The notes under the pieces: generated by a model
What the model was told of the DNA's origin: nothing
Seen by the model: the letters and a program-made list of their open reading frames with translations, nothing else
The model's database searches: none
Made by a program: the position numbers and the translations under genes
Assembly (NCBI GenBank): GCA_002367635.1
Contig: DFDI01000014.1
Coordinates: 4,966 to 68,965 of the forward strand
Length of the DNA: 64,000 nucleotides
DNA from: Betaproteobacteria bacterium UBA3031
Lineage (GTDB): Bacteria; Pseudomonadota; Gammaproteobacteria; Burkholderiales; Eutrophovitaceae
Direction: 5' to 3'
Shown: positions 62,735-64,000 of the stretch, one piece after another
Position numbering within the stretch: the first letter of the stretch is position 1
Layout of the letters: each line of letters begins with the position of its first letter

Positions 62735-64000
62735 ATGTATACGGTGTCATTAACAAGTCTATTGCTCGCGGTGCTCGTTATTGGCGGAGTTTATTTCTAC
62801 CTGGGCCAACGCTGGGGTGCGAGACAGTGGCTCGCCTCAGTTAAGTTACATTCGTTGCCCCGCTACTATGGATTTTGGGCGGGGATGGTAGCCGCAGTAC
62901 CGGCGCTTCTACTTCTCGTTAGCTTATCTCTCGCTGACGATTTTCTATTTAAATCGATGTTAAAAGACTTCTATCCTGACGACGTGATTAACGGGGGTGG
63001 GGTGGCACGAGCTATAGCCTTTACTCAGGTTATGAATTTTGTCGAGGGCATCCACTTTGGTGCGCCAGAGTCATGGGTGCGGGAGGCTGGTGATGCGTGG
63101 GTCGGGTGGCAACGCGTTGCGGATCGGGTGATAGCTGTTATCACAATTGGATGTGCTCTCGTGGCAGGTTTTTTTGCATTTCGTCAAATTAATCCGTCAT
63201 TCCGAGCTCGAAATGGTGTGGAGCGCATCATCTTATGGGCACTCATAGCGAGCTCAACAATCGCAATACTGACCACCATTGGGATCGTGTTGTCCGTATT
63301 ATTTGAGTCGATACGGTTCTTTAAACTAGTTCCAATCCAGGACTTTATTTTTGGACTTGAATGGAATCCTCAGTTTGAAGGAGCTGAGCGGGCTGGATCG
63401 GGTGGTGGTACCGCTACTTATGGAATGTTGCCAATGTTTGTTGGCACATTTTTGATATCATTTGTCGCGTTAACGGTGGCGGTTCCGGTGGGCTTATTTA
63501 GCGCTATTTATCTTGCTGAGTACGCGAGTCATAGAACTCGCTCAGTCGTTAAACCATTACTTGAGATCTTGGCGGGTGTTCCAACAGTCGTATACGGTTT
63601 CTTTGCGGCATTGACCGTTGCTCCTTTTATAAGGGCGGTTGGAGCCTCATTTGGGGTGGAGGTCGCATCTGAGTCCGCCCTTGCCGCTGGCTTGGTTATG
63701 GGCGTTATGATTATTCCATTTATTTCCTCGCTTTCCGATGATGTTATCAACGCTGTACCGCAATCACTTCGTGATGCAGCCTATGGATTAGGCTCAACAA
63801 AAAGTGAGGCGATTCGTCAGGTGGTATTGCCATCTGCACTACCTGGGATTGTCGCGGCAATCATTCTTGCTGTGTCTCGGGCTATTGGCGAAACCATGAT
63901 TGTGGTGATGGCGGCGGGTTTGGCGGCCAACTTGTCATTTAACCCCTTAGATGCGGTTACAACCGTGACCTCACAAATTGTTACTATTTTGGTGGGTGAT
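62735..64000 (+). CDS. pstC: Phosphate ABC transporter permease PstC (long form), 3' end beyond the window
   Basis: I translated this frame by hand from ATG 62735 to 64000 and found no stop. The ORF is absent from the track because it has no stop in the window. The core reads ...YLAEYASHRTRSVVKPLLEILAGVPTVVYGFF...LRDAAYGLGSTKSEAIRQVVLPSALPGI...SRAIGETM (ABC permease EAA-type loop). The start could instead be GTG 62744. Confidence 0.88.
   Translation, partial: MYTVSLTSLLLAVLVIGGVYFYLGQRWGARQWLASVKLHSLPRYYGFWAGMVAAVPALLLLVSLSLADDFLFKSMLKDFYPDDVINGGGVARAIAFTQVMNFVEGIHFGAPESWVREAGDAWVGWQRVADRVIAVITIGCALVAGFFAFRQINPSFRARNGVERIILWALIASSTIAILTTIGIVLSVLFESIRFFKLVPIQDFIFGLEWNPQFEGAERAGSGGGTATYGMLPMFVGTFLISFVALTVAVPVGLFSAIYLAEYASHRTRSVVKPLLEILAGVPTVVYGFFAALTVAPFIRAVGASFGVEVASESALAAGLVMGVMIIPFISSLSDDVINAVPQSLRDAAYGLGSTKSEAIRQVVLPSALPGIVAAIILAVSRAIGETMIVVMAAGLAANLSFNPLDAVTTVTSQIVTILVGD

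Noticed and set aside
63529-63750. 73-aa minus-strand ORF listed in the track near the window end
   Set aside because: It is antisense to the open pstC reading frame (62735 to beyond 64000), which has unmistakable ABC-permease motifs. It is a shadow ORF.
1-64000. Scan for tRNA/rRNA genes, CRISPR repeats, IS elements, integrases, phage genes, toxin-antitoxin pairs, restriction or other defence genes, and for any island of atypical gene content
   Set aside because: None was recognised. Every ORF of 100 aa or more that is not a shadow ORF has a housekeeping or transporter assignment except the DUF922-like gene. I therefore do not claim a novel multi-gene system in this window.

Overview
This 64-kb window is densely packed, with about 60 protein genes and short spacers. 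Almost all of it is housekeeping chromosome from a proteobacterium with moderate-to-low GC (judged by eye, not computed). The gene order runs as follows: TRAP transporter; metY; dnaE / metG / apbC / dcd; thyA-folA; aroC; leuCDB-asd-fimV-truA-trpFBA-accD-folC-SPOR-cvpA-purF; lpxH-ppiB; cysS; dnaJ-dnaK-grpE; hemH-hrcA | nadK-recN; fur; bamE-dapB-carAB-greA; yhbY; rlmE-ftsH-folP-glmM; pstSC. From memory, this order is typical of Betaproteobacteria and basal Gammaproteobacteria. I saw no rRNA, tRNA, CRISPR array, IS/transposase, integrase, prophage, toxin-antitoxin or recognisable defence genes. I did not find a convincing novel multi-gene system, and the window reads as an ordinary core region. 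Five observations deserve a second look. (1) A strong promoter-proximal intrinsic terminator sits in the dapB-carA spacer, and carAB transcription apparently has to read through it. (2) A secreted DUF922-like protein with an apparently degenerate metal-binding motif is inserted in the heat-shock locus. (3) There are unusually long G homopolymers inside dnaJ (G10) and an MFS gene (G8). (4) Sigma32-type promoters, an HrcA gene and a dnaK-dnaJ intercistronic terminator occur together. (5) There are several unexplained leaders and spacers: yccU-metY, the ornithine-decarboxylase-like gene, and ppiB/cysS. All functional calls rest on motifs I recognise in the translated ORFs. No database search was run.
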